IMG/VR virus record: IMGVR_UViG_3300012984_000014
Location: 52,462-116,461 of that record
DNA: 64,000 nucleotides
Strand: one strand, 5' to 3'
Source of the DNA: a virus
Made by a program: the position numbers and the translations under genes. Shown in pieces: positions 19,208 through 28,096 of this stretch (the first letter of the stretch is position 1; each line of letters opens with the position of its first letter). The notes under the pieces were generated by a model. It worked only from the letters and a program-made list of their open reading frames with translations, was not told the DNA's origin and did no database searches.

Positions 19208-19861
19208 ATGTCACACCCCCAACATCCGAACTGCTCGGCCTGCCGAAAGGCGCTGTTCAAGAGTGCGGCTGCCGCGAAGGTCAAGCCGTCGGACCCGTAT
19301 GCGTTCTGCCGGAATCCAGCGTGCGCTGAATACACCTTCCGGAATGACCGCCCGACGGATCCCAAGAAGCCGACGCCGGAGCAACTGGCCAAGGCAGTTC
19401 GGATCTCGGGGAAGGCTAGCAATGGTCTGGATGGCAAGTCTGCCAAGACGGTTTCGACGCAGAAGCCGAAGCAGTCGGTGAAGGTCGATCATTCGGCGAG
19501 TTTGAAGGCTGTCAAGGAAGCAGACAAGATCATCGCGATCACGCCGGCTCCAGAACCGGCGTCGGAGCCCGCGCCGAAAACGGTAAGGATCAATCCCAAG
19601 CCCGTTTCGGCCCGCGGCGTTCCACGTCGGGCCGTTCCGATATCGGAGGCACCGGCCAAGCCGAAGGAGTCCGAGCCACTGGCAAAGGCGCGCACCCGTT
19701 TGCGCGCAATACTGGAAGCAGTTACGGTCGGACAACCAAAGGAATCCATAAGTTTGGTCCTGGCAATCCTGAATCAGGAGACAGGGAACCAGAAGGCCGC
19801 GGAAGCGCTGATCGACGAGTTCAAGCTGGATGAGAAGTACGGTCTGCTCAAGTTCACATGA
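19208..19861 (+). CDS. hypothetical protein with N-terminal Cys cluster and Pro/Lys linker
   Basis: CSAC..CRNPAC; 217 aa. Confidence 0.65.
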   Translation: MSHPQHPNCSACRKALFKSAAAAKVKPSDPYAFCRNPACAEYTFRNDRPTDPKKPTPEQLAKAVRISGKASNGLDGKSAKTVSTQKPKQSVKVDHSASLKAVKEADKIIAITPAPEPASEPAPKTVRINPKPVSARGVPRRAVPISEAPAKPKESEPLAKARTRLRAILEAVTVGQPKESISLVLAILNQETGNQKAAEALIDEFKLDEKYGLLKFT

Positions 19862-20034
19862 CCGCGGACGAATACGAGGAGCGCTTTGGCTCGAAGCCGC
19901 TGCTGGACGACCTTCAACGGGTGAACTGCTCTCGGCCGGGGACGATCGGTCATCTGCTTTGCGGAGTCTGCGAGGAGTGCAACCGACCTAAGTTCCAGTG
20001 CGATTGCCCCACTAAGTCTCCACAAACTGAATAA
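19858..20034 (+). CDS. small Cys-rich protein (58 aa, below the track cut-off)
   Basis: Translated by hand: MTADEYEERFGSKPLLDDLQRVNCSRPGTIGHLLCGVCEECNRPKFQCDC...; ATGA overlap. Confidence 0.6.
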   Translation: MTADEYEERFGSKPLLDDLQRVNCSRPGTIGHLLCGVCEECNRPKFQCDCPTKSPQTE

Positions 20035-20087
20035 TCGTTCGTGATTAGCAAAAAGTTCTCGACCGATGGAAGCATCGGCACTAGAAC
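20019..20087 (+). promoter_or_regulatory. promoter-module copy 2
   Basis: TCCACA(20019); CAAAAAGTTC-TCGACC(20059)-17-TAGAAC(20082); ATG 7 nt later. Confidence 0.65.
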
Positions 20088-20094
20088 TAGCTAC

Positions 20095-21222
20095 ATGGAA
20101 GCCACAACCGATACCGTCGAAGTCAAGAAGAAGAAGCCAGGCAAGAAGGGCGAGAAGATCCCGATGAAGGCGGGCCGACCGGTGGCGCCCCCGGCAGAGC
20201 CGGGAACGGGCCGGCGCCCCACGCCTCCGGAATTCGAGGAGACCGAAGTCAAGGGCATCACCTCCGCCTGGCTCATCTGGGTGGGCTCGGAATTCTACAA
20301 GGGCATCGCCGACTGGAGCGACGAGGCCATCGCGCTCGGCATCTCCAAGCGCCTCCCGAATGCCTCGATGGCGCGCCAACTCGCGGCCCCGGGCACGGTC
20401 GTTTTCGTTGCCCACGATGAAGGTGAAAGCCACAGCTGCACCAAGTGCGTCGGAGCGTGTGAGTGTCCGAGTTGCCGCAAGCGCATCAGCGAAATGACCG
20501 CGCTGCGAAACGTGATCGCTTCGATGAAGGCCGCGTTCAAGGGGGACTTCGTGACCGAGGCGCCGCGCGGACTGAAGCGCTTCGAGGAAGTCCGCCTGCG
20601 AACCATCGCAGAGCTCGAAGCCGAGATGAAGGCTTGCGAGGAGTGCAAGGGGAAGGGTTCCATCAAGGCGGGCACCGGCGGAGAGGTGGCGCTCAAGGAC
20701 GGCCGCGTGTGGGATTATCGCACCTACAACTACTGGCTCCACCAGCCCAAGAAGTTCGATCCGGAGACGATGGTGGCCGAGGTCGAAATGTGCGAGACTT
20801 GCGGCGGGAAGGGCGACCTTCCCAATGCTCAAATCTTCGGCGTTTTCGCTCCGGAGCGCGTCGAATACATCGCCCGCGGCGACGAGACGAAGGAGGAGCT
20901 AGAAGCCCTCAAGGGCTTCAGGATCGTGGAGAAGGACGTGCTCAAGACGGAGGCCAAACGCAAGTGCGGTGTCCGGAAGGCCGGCGGCGTGTACGCGGTT
21001 ACTTCTGCCGAGGGCGCGGACGGCGACAAGCTGCTGCAGGATGCCATCAAGGCGGGCCTCGTCAAGCCGGATGGCGCCGAGGTCCACGGCTCGTTCATCC
21101 GCTTTGGGCGCCCTGTCCCGGTGGCAGAGAAGCGCTTCCGTGGATTGAAGAAGATCAACTTGGGAACGGTGCGTGAAGCTGTCGACCAAGCCGAGATGAT
21201 CGCAGAGGCGAGCGAAGCCTGA
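20095..21222 (+). CDS. multi-CxxC hypothetical protein
   Basis: Four CxxC pairs, including CEECKGKG and CETCGGKG; the track start 20041 lies inside the promoter module. Confidence 0.75.
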   Translation: MEATTDTVEVKKKKPGKKGEKIPMKAGRPVAPPAEPGTGRRPTPPEFEETEVKGITSAWLIWVGSEFYKGIADWSDEAIALGISKRLPNASMARQLAAPGTVVFVAHDEGESHSCTKCVGACECPSCRKRISEMTALRNVIASMKAAFKGDFVTEAPRGLKRFEEVRLRTIAELEAEMKACEECKGKGSIKAGTGGEVALKDGRVWDYRTYNYWLHQPKKFDPETMVAEVEMCETCGGKGDLPNAQIFGVFAPERVEYIARGDETKEELEALKGFRIVEKDVLKTEAKRKCGVRKAGGVYAVTSAEGADGDKLLQDAIKAGLVKPDGAEVHGSFIRFGRPVPVAEKRFRGLKKINLGTVREAVDQAEMIAEASEA

Positions 21223-21585
21223 TCAAGCTATGGAGGCGAGTTCAGTCAGAATTCGCCTTCGCAACTGCAGGTTGTTGAAAGGCTTCAAGAACGTCCGAAG
21301 CTCTTCACCCGGCGGAACGTCCCCGCCAGTGGTGAAGAGCGTTCGGATCTGCGGCCGTAGCGCGCGCGCTTCTTTTTCCAGTTCCAACCCGTTGCCGTCC
21401 TTCAGATAGATGTCTGTGATCAGGACGACCTTGACGTGTGGGCAGATCGTTCGCAGGATCAGGCGCGCGTTGGCAACGGTGTAGGCGGAGATGACGTCAT
21501 AGGCATCGCTTGCCAGGGAGCGAAGCAGCGCGCGAACCACCAGCGCGTCATCGTCTACAAGTAGCACAATCGCTGGCCTGTCCAT
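21223..21585 (-). CDS. single-domain (CheY-like) response regulator
   Basis: LLVDDD, LITDIYL.DGNGLEL, FTTG and LKPF: acidic pocket, phospho-Asp, Thr and Lys all present. Confidence 0.88.
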   Translation of the reverse strand: MDRPAIVLLVDDDALVVRALLRSLASDAYDVISAYTVANARLILRTICPHVKVVLITDIYLKDGNGLELEKEARALRPQIRTLFTTGGDVPPGEELRTFLKPFNNLQLRRRILTELASIA

Positions 21586-21607
21586 GGCCTCGATTATGCC
21601 CGAGCGA

Positions 21608-22150
21608 TCACAGGTGGCCTAGGACCTGATTGAACGTCGAAACGCGCAAAGCCTCACGCGGGACGGTCGCGGTGACACGTCGTCCGCCGTAGGCTCGGAA
21701 CATTCCTTCAGGGAAGGGTGCGTGGGCGTTTTTTGCAGTGTAGAAGGCGCTTCGCATCTTGCGGGCGGCCGCGATGCTTTGGACATCGACGTCGGGCGAC
21801 CCCCAGACCTCGGACGTGTAGCCGTCCTTGTGGATCTGGTACAGGCCCCAAGCGCGGCCGCGGTCGCACTCCTTCGGCCGGCAGTCGTTCCGGCGGAGGC
21901 GATCGGAGAGGGCCGTTTCAACGTAGGCGGTCGCCAGCATCGCTGCTGCCAGGATCCGGTCACCCTTCGAGGCGCTGGCGATGGCGCGCGCGAGCGCTTC
22001 CGGGTCCGTCTTCTCCTCGCGCGGCGCTAGCAGGCTTCGCTGTGCCAAGACGAGGCGATCCACCATGTTGTAGGGCTCCTTGCTGGCAGCCGGGAGCGCG
22101 ATGGCTAGGCCGGCAAGGAGGAGCAGGGAGAGGGCGAAGCGTTTGATCAT
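21608..22150 (-). CDS. secreted lytic transglycosylase/lysozyme-like protein
   Basis: AGGAG SD; signal peptide MIKRFALSLLLLAGLAIALPAA; TAYVET (catalytic Glu) and GLYQIH. Confidence 0.65.
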   Translation of the reverse strand: MIKRFALSLLLLAGLAIALPAASKEPYNMVDRLVLAQRSLLAPREEKTDPEALARAIASASKGDRILAAAMLATAYVETALSDRLRRNDCRPKECDRGRAWGLYQIHKDGYTSEVWGSPDVDVQSIAAARKMRSAFYTAKNAHAPFPEGMFRAYGGRRVTATVPREALRVSTFNQVLGHL

Positions 22151-22231
22151 GGGAGTCTCCTGAAAGCGGGGATGGTACGCTAGGTAGCGCGCGCCAACAT
22201 CTTTCCGCTGAATCGCGAACTGGCTCAATAT

Positions 22232-22302
22232 TCCACAAATGCAAAAAAAGATTGGTGAAAGGCAAAAAAGTTATCGACGTGTGGAAGCAAAAGCCGTACT
22301 AC
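22232..22302 (+). promoter_or_regulatory. promoter-module copy 3
   Basis: TCCACA(22232)..42..TGTGGA(22280); TCGACG(22274)-17-TACTAC(22297). Confidence 0.75.
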
Positions 22303-22308
22303 TTAGGC

Positions 22309-22608
22309 ATGGCAAGCAGCAAAGCAGTGAAGTTCGGCCCAGTGTTCGCTCGCGCGTCTTATACGGTGAAGGTGCGCGGGGAGCATGGGTGCGCCGTGTA
22401 TGGCAATTCAGACGTGAGTGCTCAAGTCGAGTGTTACCTTTCCACTCGACCACACGGCGTCGTGGATGTGTTCTACAGCGAGTCGTGTGGCCACTGCAGT
22501 GGCTCGGGCCGCGTCTGTACGAACCGCCGCATGATGCGCTGGGCGCCGTGCCCGGCGTGCAAGGGCAACCCCGAGATCCAGGCCGACACGCTGATCGCAA
22601 CGTTCTAA
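22309..22608 (+). CDS. small DnaJ-type Zn-finger protein (probably leaderless)
   Basis: CGHCSGSG..CPACKG; ATG 6 nt after the predicted -10. Confidence 0.65.
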   Translation: MASSKAVKFGPVFARASYTVKVRGEHGCAVYGNSDVSAQVECYLSTRPHGVVDVFYSESCGHCSGSGRVCTNRRMMRWAPCPACKGNPEIQADTLIATF

Positions 22609-22636
22609 AAAACAGAACCTGGAAGGAATCAGAAAA

Positions 22637-23173
22637 ATGTCTAAGTTCAAGCAAGTTGCTCCCGCCTCCGAACCGAAACCCCAGCCCGCTCCCGAGGCTC
22701 CTCCGATCACCAAGTACGAGATGATTGCCAAAGTCTACTCCCGCAAGAAGGAGGTGATGGAGGATTCCATCGCGGCGTTCAAGGCGAGCGTCGAGAAGGA
22801 CGGCTGCAGCTACGCCATGATCTGGAAGGGCGAGGCGGCGATGTTCGCTGAGGCGTTCCTTCGGGAGACGCACGGGATGGAGTCCTTCATCGCGCCGCGC
22901 CGGCCTCCGTACGACGCGCCAGCCAACCAGGCGGAGGAGGACGAGAACACCAAGGCGGAGGCGGCCGACATCCTCCGGATCCGGGAGGGATTCGAGCGCA
23001 TGCTGGCCAAGCACGTGAGCGACCTCCTGGGTGGCGAGTACGCGCCTGCCGACGGACCGTGGGTCGCCAACTCGACGTCTCAGATGGCCAACCTGGACAC
23101 TGTCCAGAAGGCGAACGTCAAGCGCGCGCTGTACTCGATGTACACGCAGCTCCTCGCCTGCATCGACGAATGA
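22637..23173 (+). CDS. hypothetical protein
   Basis: GGAAGG SD; phage-like codon usage. Confidence 0.75.
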   Translation: MSKFKQVAPASEPKPQPAPEAPPITKYEMIAKVYSRKKEVMEDSIAAFKASVEKDGCSYAMIWKGEAAMFAEAFLRETHGMESFIAPRRPPYDAPANQAEEDENTKAEAADILRIREGFERMLAKHVSDLLGGEYAPADGPWVANSTSQMANLDTVQKANVKRALYSMYTQLLACIDE

Positions 23174-23182
23174 TGTCATAGT

Positions 23183-23253
23183 TCCACAAGCAGAGAAAAT
23201 ATTGGAGTCTGGCAAAAAAAGTTCTCGACGTGTGGAAGCACTTAGGCTAAGGT
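23183..23253 (+). promoter_or_regulatory. promoter-module copy 4
   Basis: TCCACA(23183)..42..TGTGGA(23231); TCGACG(23225)-17-TAAGGT(23248); followed by 10-bp hairpin 23263-23285 and GAAGGAG SD. Confidence 0.78.
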
Positions 23254-23299
23254 TCTTCTTGTAGGGCGGCCGTGGCGGCCGCCCTCGGAAGGAGAGAAA

Positions 23300-23494
23300 A
23301 TGAAAATAGTGTGCATCACGTTGGACGACGAAACGGCCGAGAAGCTCGGAGAGATCTTGGCAAGTTCCCAGTTCAACGTGAACGAGCAAATCGCGTCGAT
23401 GATCCAAATCGACTACGAGGAGTGGCAATACTCAAGCCACGACTCGCCGCGCTCGGCACGATGGATTCGATTCCTGAAATCAGAACAGAACTGA
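23300..23494 (+). CDS. small acidic protein
   Basis: Strong SD; 64 aa. Confidence 0.7.
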   Translation: MKIVCITLDDETAEKLGEILASSQFNVNEQIASMIQIDYEEWQYSSHDSPRSARWIRFLKSEQN

Positions 23495-23500
23495 GGCCAC

Positions 23501-23529
23501 GCGCTCCGGTTCATCGCGAGCCGGGGCGC
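23501..23529 (+). other. 12-bp intergenic stem-loop (no U-tract)
   Basis: GCGCTCCGGTTC-ATCGC-GAGCCGGGGCGC with two G-U pairs. Confidence 0.5.
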
Positions 23530-23546
23530 GCCCCTACTAAGCCCGA

Positions 23547-23891
23547 ATGGCCGAGCCAATCAAACTCAAGCCGGTGGACGAGATGATCCAAGTCTGGGAC
23601 GGCTACCGAGGAAACAACCGAATTGGTTGGAAGATGGTTGGAAGCGGCAAGCGCCTCGTGGAGGTATTCGGGACTTGGTGCGTGCATTGCCTAACGAATT
23701 GGGGATGGACTCCGCAACCAGATCACGCCGATCGGATTCACCAAGCGATGAAGCTGAAAGGGTGCCCGCGTTGCAAGCGCGCAGATGACGGCACGCCCAT
23801 CCCACGAAAGCCACTCACGACGCCTCGCGCGTCTTCTCTGGAAGGCGTCAGAGAGCGCCTCCGAAACCCAAATGCGAAGAAGCCCAAATGA
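23547..23891 (+). CDS. hypothetical protein (two CxxC)
   Basis: CVHC, CPRC; ATGA overlap. Confidence 0.6.
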   Translation: MAEPIKLKPVDEMIQVWDGYRGNNRIGWKMVGSGKRLVEVFGTWCVHCLTNWGWTPQPDHADRIHQAMKLKGCPRCKRADDGTPIPRKPLTTPRASSLEGVRERLRNPNAKKPK

Positions 23892-24172
23892 CCAATAGAC
23901 ACCAGATCCCATCAATCCTGCCAGCGCCGACACCAGCCGCCCAAGCTTTTTCCAACGCTAGCTCCATCCTTTCCGAGCCATCGCCGCTTCCGCTCCGCCG
24001 GACCTTCGTTGCCAAGGCGCGCGAGATCCGGGCGCTCTCGGAGCGTCTCACGGCGCTGATGGACGTGGGGACGCCTTTGGACGAGATTGACCGGCTCGCC
24101 CGCGATCTGGCGATGAAGTGCTTGCAGGCTCAACAGGAGACTCTCAGGGCGCGCGCGGACGGAGCGCGCTGA
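23888..24172 (+). CDS. hypothetical protein
   Basis: Coupled overlap; helical C-terminal half. Confidence 0.55.
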   Translation: MTNRHQIPSILPAPTPAAQAFSNASSILSEPSPLPLRRTFVAKAREIRALSERLTALMDVGTPLDEIDRLARDLAMKCLQAQQETLRARADGAR

Positions 24173-24178
24173 ACAGCG

Positions 24179-24421
24179 ATGGCAAAAGTTCGAAGCCACG
24201 CCGGCCTTGAGGTCGTTGTCTTCCTCGGTGAATTCAGAATCCAGGGACGGGCCGGCGCCATCCTCGGCTCCGGCGCCGACGACAACGCGCACTTCAGGGC
24301 GGCCGAGCGCTTCCTGCTAGAAGGCAACCAACCGCACAAAGATAGCATCGGCTACGTCTGGCCCGACCGGAAGGCCGCGGAATCAGCACTCCAGGCGATT
24401 GCCCAAAGGAACCTGAGATGA
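24179..24421 (+). CDS. hypothetical protein
   Basis: Tandem packing; ATGA overlap. Confidence 0.6.
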   Translation: MAKVRSHAGLEVVVFLGEFRIQGRAGAILGSGADDNAHFRAAERFLLEGNQPHKDSIGYVWPDRKAAESALQAIAQRNLR

Positions 24422-24678
24422 TGACTGAAAGCGAGAAGAAGTTGATGGATCTGGTCTTGTCCGGCCAGAGCATTTCCGACTACACGACGCGCTTCAACGA
24501 ACTGCGGAACGCTGTGCTTTTTGAGCGTCTTCCGCCGGAAAAGAAGGCCGTTTGGCAGGAGGCATACCGCCAATTGCGGTTGGCCCGAATCAATTTGGAC
24601 CAGGTGTCGGTCGACCTCGGCGTGTCGAATCTGACGCTAACTCCTTGGAAAAAAGAAGTCGACGAGGAAGTCCCATGA
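24418..24678 (+). CDS. hypothetical protein
   Basis: ATGA overlaps on both sides. Confidence 0.6.
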   Translation: MMTESEKKLMDLVLSGQSISDYTTRFNELRNAVLFERLPPEKKAVWQEAYRQLRLARINLDQVSVDLGVSNLTLTPWKKEVDEEVP

Positions 24679-25340
24679 TAGACGCGAAGGAATACAAGCA
24701 CGAGTCATACGGGATGGTGTCGTTTTCACACAGGAGCGGCAATCCAAAGTTGTTCCATAGCGCGCTTGAAAACCACTACAACTACATCACGCTCAGCGTG
24801 AAAACTTGCACGCTACTTCGGGGCGAGGATGGAGATCGGCTCTTTGGGCCGATGCACGGCGACATTGTCGAAGTCGACCTGTCTGCTAGCCAATTTGCTG
24901 AACTGCTGACGACGATGAATGTCGGCATGGGCGCCGCGTGCACCATACGTAGCATTGGGAACAAGACGTTGGAGCGTCCGCCAGACATCGATTCCACTCC
25001 GGAGAACATGAGGATCGAATTCAAGGCACGCGCCAAGTCTTTCTCCAAGAAGATTCTGGAACGGGCGAACGGCGTGGCAGAATTGCTCAAAAAGCCGACG
25101 CTCAACAAGGCCGACCGCGCTAGCATCGGCGACATCATCCGGACAGTGGCCCAGGAGTTGGAGAAAAACATCCCTTTCTTCGTGGAGATGTACCAGGAGG
25201 CGACCGGGAAGGTGGTTGACGCGGCCAAGGCCGAGATCGAAGGCTTTATGGTCTCGGCCGTTCGCCAAGCCGGCCTCGCCGCGCTAGCGGCCGGAAAGGT
25301 CCAGATCACTCCGCCCGCACTCCCGCCGATTAAGTCATGA
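24675..25340 (+). CDS. conserved-looking phage hypothetical protein
   Basis: HESYGMVSFS...EVDLSASQFAELLTTMNVGMG..CTIR; SD GAGGA; ATGA overlap. Confidence 0.7.
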   Translation: MIDAKEYKHESYGMVSFSHRSGNPKLFHSALENHYNYITLSVKTCTLLRGEDGDRLFGPMHGDIVEVDLSASQFAELLTTMNVGMGAACTIRSIGNKTLERPPDIDSTPENMRIEFKARAKSFSKKILERANGVAELLKKPTLNKADRASIGDIIRTVAQELEKNIPFFVEMYQEATGKVVDAAKAEIEGFMVSAVRQAGLAALAAGKVQITPPALPPIKS

Positions 25341-25681
25341 GCATCGGGATCAGCCGCACGCCGTCCTTCCGGGATCATCACGAGTCCGTCAGCGTGACAG
25401 CATACGGCACTCGGGACGACCCGCCTGGACCAGAGGACATCGGACGGGCCGCTGGCATGCTATTCGCAGCAGGAGAGGCAGCGCTGGCGGTCGACCCGTA
25501 CGGCTCGCCGGAGGTCTCGCACAGCAAGAGCGGCGGCGTGAGCCTAGGTTGCAAGCGGCTGACGTTCCGCATCCAGTTCGCCGTCTCCTCGGACGACGTG
25601 CTGGCAGGCGGCCCGATCCACCGCGAGCGTGCCACAGAGGTGGGCAGGACGATGTACCGCGCGCTGGAGGCACGTTTCTGA
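25337..25681 (+). CDS. hypothetical protein
   Basis: ATGA overlap; converges on the minus-strand gene. Confidence 0.6.
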   Translation: MSIGISRTPSFRDHHESVSVTAYGTRDDPPGPEDIGRAAGMLFAAGEAALAVDPYGSPEVSHSKSGGVSLGCKRLTFRIQFAVSSDDVLAGGPIHRERATEVGRTMYRALEARF

Positions 25682-25682
25682 A

Positions 25683-26366
25683 TCAGTGACCGGCTGACGG
25701 CGTTGGAGCCGGAGTCTCGGACGTTGGAGCGGGCGCCGTCAGTGATGGCATAGGGGGCGGTGGTTTGCCTGAGGCCGCGTTGATGATCGTCGTGATGAGC
25801 CAGATCAGGAAGGCGAAGACGATCGGACCGCTCGTGCCAGTCAGCAAGCCCCACCAGCGGCCCGACTTCGCTCCTGCAGCCTTTCCGCTTTCGCGACCTT
25901 GCTCGTTGGCAAGCGCTTCGACGCGGATGACGAGCGCGTTGTGATCACGCTCGCGCCGCGCGTCTTCGGTGAGGTTCGCCGTCACGGCACTGGTTAGGCT
26001 GGAGATGTCGCCGCGGAGGCCGGATATGTCACCGCGCAATCCTTTAAGCTCGCCAACATCCTCCTGGATGCTGTTGATCTTGGCATCGTAGTCACTGAAG
26101 CGCGACACCATCTTGCCTTCGAGTGTCGCGCGCTCGCGCGCTTCGGCCTCAATGGCTCTCTGCATCTGCTCGCGGTCCGTCTTCGAGCCCTCGATGGCCT
26201 GCTTGGCAGTCGTCAGAACGCGGTTGAGCAGCGCGCGGTCGTTGTCGTCCAGCGCACCGATTGAGTCACGGCGCTCTTGGCGAGGGTCGACGGCCTTCAT
26301 TGATGCCAACGTCTCGACAGCAGGCAGCGCGCCCGGCCGCGGGAACTTAGGGGGCGGATCGGCCAT
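25683..26366 (-). CDS. coiled-coil membrane protein (holin/XhlA-like topology)
   Basis: Heptad repeat LRGDISG-LRGDISS; C-terminal TM IVFAFLIWLITTII; Pro-rich tail. Confidence 0.6.
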   Translation of the reverse strand: MADPPPKFPRPGALPAVETLASMKAVDPRQERRDSIGALDDNDRALLNRVLTTAKQAIEGSKTDREQMQRAIEAEARERATLEGKMVSRFSDYDAKINSIQEDVGELKGLRGDISGLRGDISSLTSAVTANLTEDARRERDHNALVIRVEALANEQGRESGKAAGAKSGRWWGLLTGTSGPIVFAFLIWLITTIINAASGKPPPPMPSLTAPAPTSETPAPTPSAGH

Positions 26367-26709
26367 TGGGCAACATCACCATGTGTTCGCGAATTTCGCG
26401 AATCTCATTGGACATGCGCTCCGTGGCTCGGGCCGTTCCGACGAGAGACAGCACGCTGAAGAAGGCAGCCACGATGGCGACGCTGACGGCAACGTAGGGC
26501 AGGTCAGACTTGTTCCGCTTCAGGTCGCGCAGAGCGTCACGCACCTCTTGCCTGAATTCAGCTTCTTCCTGGACGCGCCTTGCGTCTTCGGCCTTGAAGG
26601 CCACCATCTGATTTGCCAAATCGGCATCAGTTCGGTCCTTGATGCCAAGTTTGACCGCCAATGAACGGGCGAGGGCTTCAACGGCCTGAGGGCTGAGTGA
26701 CGTCTCCAT
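26347..26709 (-). CDS. coiled-coil membrane protein
   Basis: Coiled coil followed by TM YVAVSVAIVAAFFSVLSLV. Confidence 0.6.
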   Translation of the reverse strand: METSLSPQAVEALARSLAVKLGIKDRTDADLANQMVAFKAEDARRVQEEAEFRQEVRDALRDLKRNKSDLPYVAVSVAIVAAFFSVLSLVGTARATERMSNEIREIREHMVMLPNGRSAP

Positions 26710-26807
26710 CTTTTCGCTAGCCTAACGTTTCGTGAGATCATGCGGTAGCGGATTGGCCCGTTTAGACGTTTCAGCGGCGACGAAAGGGCGCCTTTAATTT
26801 AGCCAAG

Positions 26808-27479
26808 ATGAAACTAAGCGAATGGAAGACCGCCGTGCGCTCGTTGAGCAAAGTCGGTGGGGAGTCGCCGCTTGTCTTGGAACGCTTTGGCACAACGTCG
26901 TCGAGCGAGCCCAGCGCGCGCGTCCTCTGCTTCAACGTGAAAGACTTGTTGTCACGCCCGCGCCTCGCAGTCGAAGCGACCGACGCCATGCGCGCGCTTG
27001 GCCATCCCGGAAACCTACTGATCGATCGCACCAATGCCAAGATGAATGATTCCATTAGTCTGATGTTCTATGGCGCGAGCGGCCCATCAGACCGCGTGAA
27101 GCAGATCTTTGAAGCGCGCCGCGTTGGAGGGGCCATTGAAGTGATCATCACGCAGTTCCGTCCGTCGGAAGTATGCAGCCTGGTGCCCGGGAATGCTGAG
27201 TCACCAGACTTCTTGGATCGTATTTACGATGCTTGCAAGAACGACCTCCGGATGCTCCGCGGTTGGCCGGCTGAAACCGAATTCGAGGCTAAGCGTCCCT
27301 TTGGTCCGATGATGCATGGCGTGGAAGGGCGCGTGGTCTTCCAGGGCGGATCCGGACGAGCACGCGCGGAAACCATGTTCAACGCCTCGCTCAACCAGGA
27401 AGGGAAGATTTCAGCGGTCCTGCCGATTTTCCCGCATATCCGACTGGAGATCGCGATGAGCACGATTGAGGACCTATGA
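26808..27479 (+). CDS. hypothetical protein
   Basis: 223 aa, divergent from the minus-strand cassette. Confidence 0.65.
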   Translation: MKLSEWKTAVRSLSKVGGESPLVLERFGTTSSSEPSARVLCFNVKDLLSRPRLAVEATDAMRALGHPGNLLIDRTNAKMNDSISLMFYGASGPSDRVKQIFEARRVGGAIEVIITQFRPSEVCSLVPGNAESPDFLDRIYDACKNDLRMLRGWPAETEFEAKRPFGPMMHGVEGRVVFQGGSGRARAETMFNASLNQEGKISAVLPIFPHIRLEIAMSTIEDL

Positions 27480-28096
27480 ATCTGGAAGAGATCAGAGAAG
27501 CCGCGCGTGAATGCGGCTATGAGCGCGACGAAGCCAAGCCGCTGATCATCTTGGACTCGCCGAAGCCGGTCGCGTTCGATTTGCGTGGGCTTTCCAAAGC
27601 GATGGCGCCCAAGCTCGAAGCGCTCGCCAAGCATCTCGCCGTTTCTACAGAGAAGCTCGCTGATGCCTTGGACAAGGCGTGGATCGACATCGTGGCCGCG
27701 TCCGAGACGGTTCCGGCAACGGGCCTCCGCGGCGAGGGCGCGAGCCTCCTGCTGGAGGGCATGATCAAGGTGGTCGACGGCGCGGACGAGGCGAGTCGGG
27801 ACGATTCCGTTGACGTCTTCGCGCGCGCCAAGGAGATTCTCAGGGTAGGCGGGTTTGCGGGCTCGATTCCGGGCGCCGCGTCAGAGGCGATGGAGATTGA
27901 GAAGAAGCTGGCGGAGGTCGCGGCGCTCACAGGCTCCACAGTCGAGTCCATCAAGGACTCTGTGAGCGCCCTCGCGCGCACCTCGTCCAAGTCGCGGTCC
28001 GAGGCATTGGCGGACGCCCTCGCTGCCGCCGGCAGATCTCGACACGGCGACCTCGTGGCCAAGCTATTGGGCTTTGACGTTGGGAGCTTCGAGTGA
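27476..28096 (+). CDS. helical hypothetical protein
   Basis: Coupled overlaps; Ala-rich. Confidence 0.65.
   Translation: MNLEEIREAARECGYERDEAKPLIILDSPKPVAFDLRGLSKAMAPKLEALAKHLAVSTEKLADALDKAWIDIVAASETVPATGLRGEGASLLLEGMIKVVDGADEASRDDSVDVFARAKEILRVGGFAGSIPGAASEAMEIEKKLAEVAALTGSTVESIKDSVSALARTSSKSRSEALADALAAAGRSRHGDLVAKLLGFDVGSFE

Noticed and set aside
27476-28096. Tape-measure fragment (AALTGSTVESI)
   Set aside because: Only one short resemblance in an Ala-rich helical protein; insufficient support.
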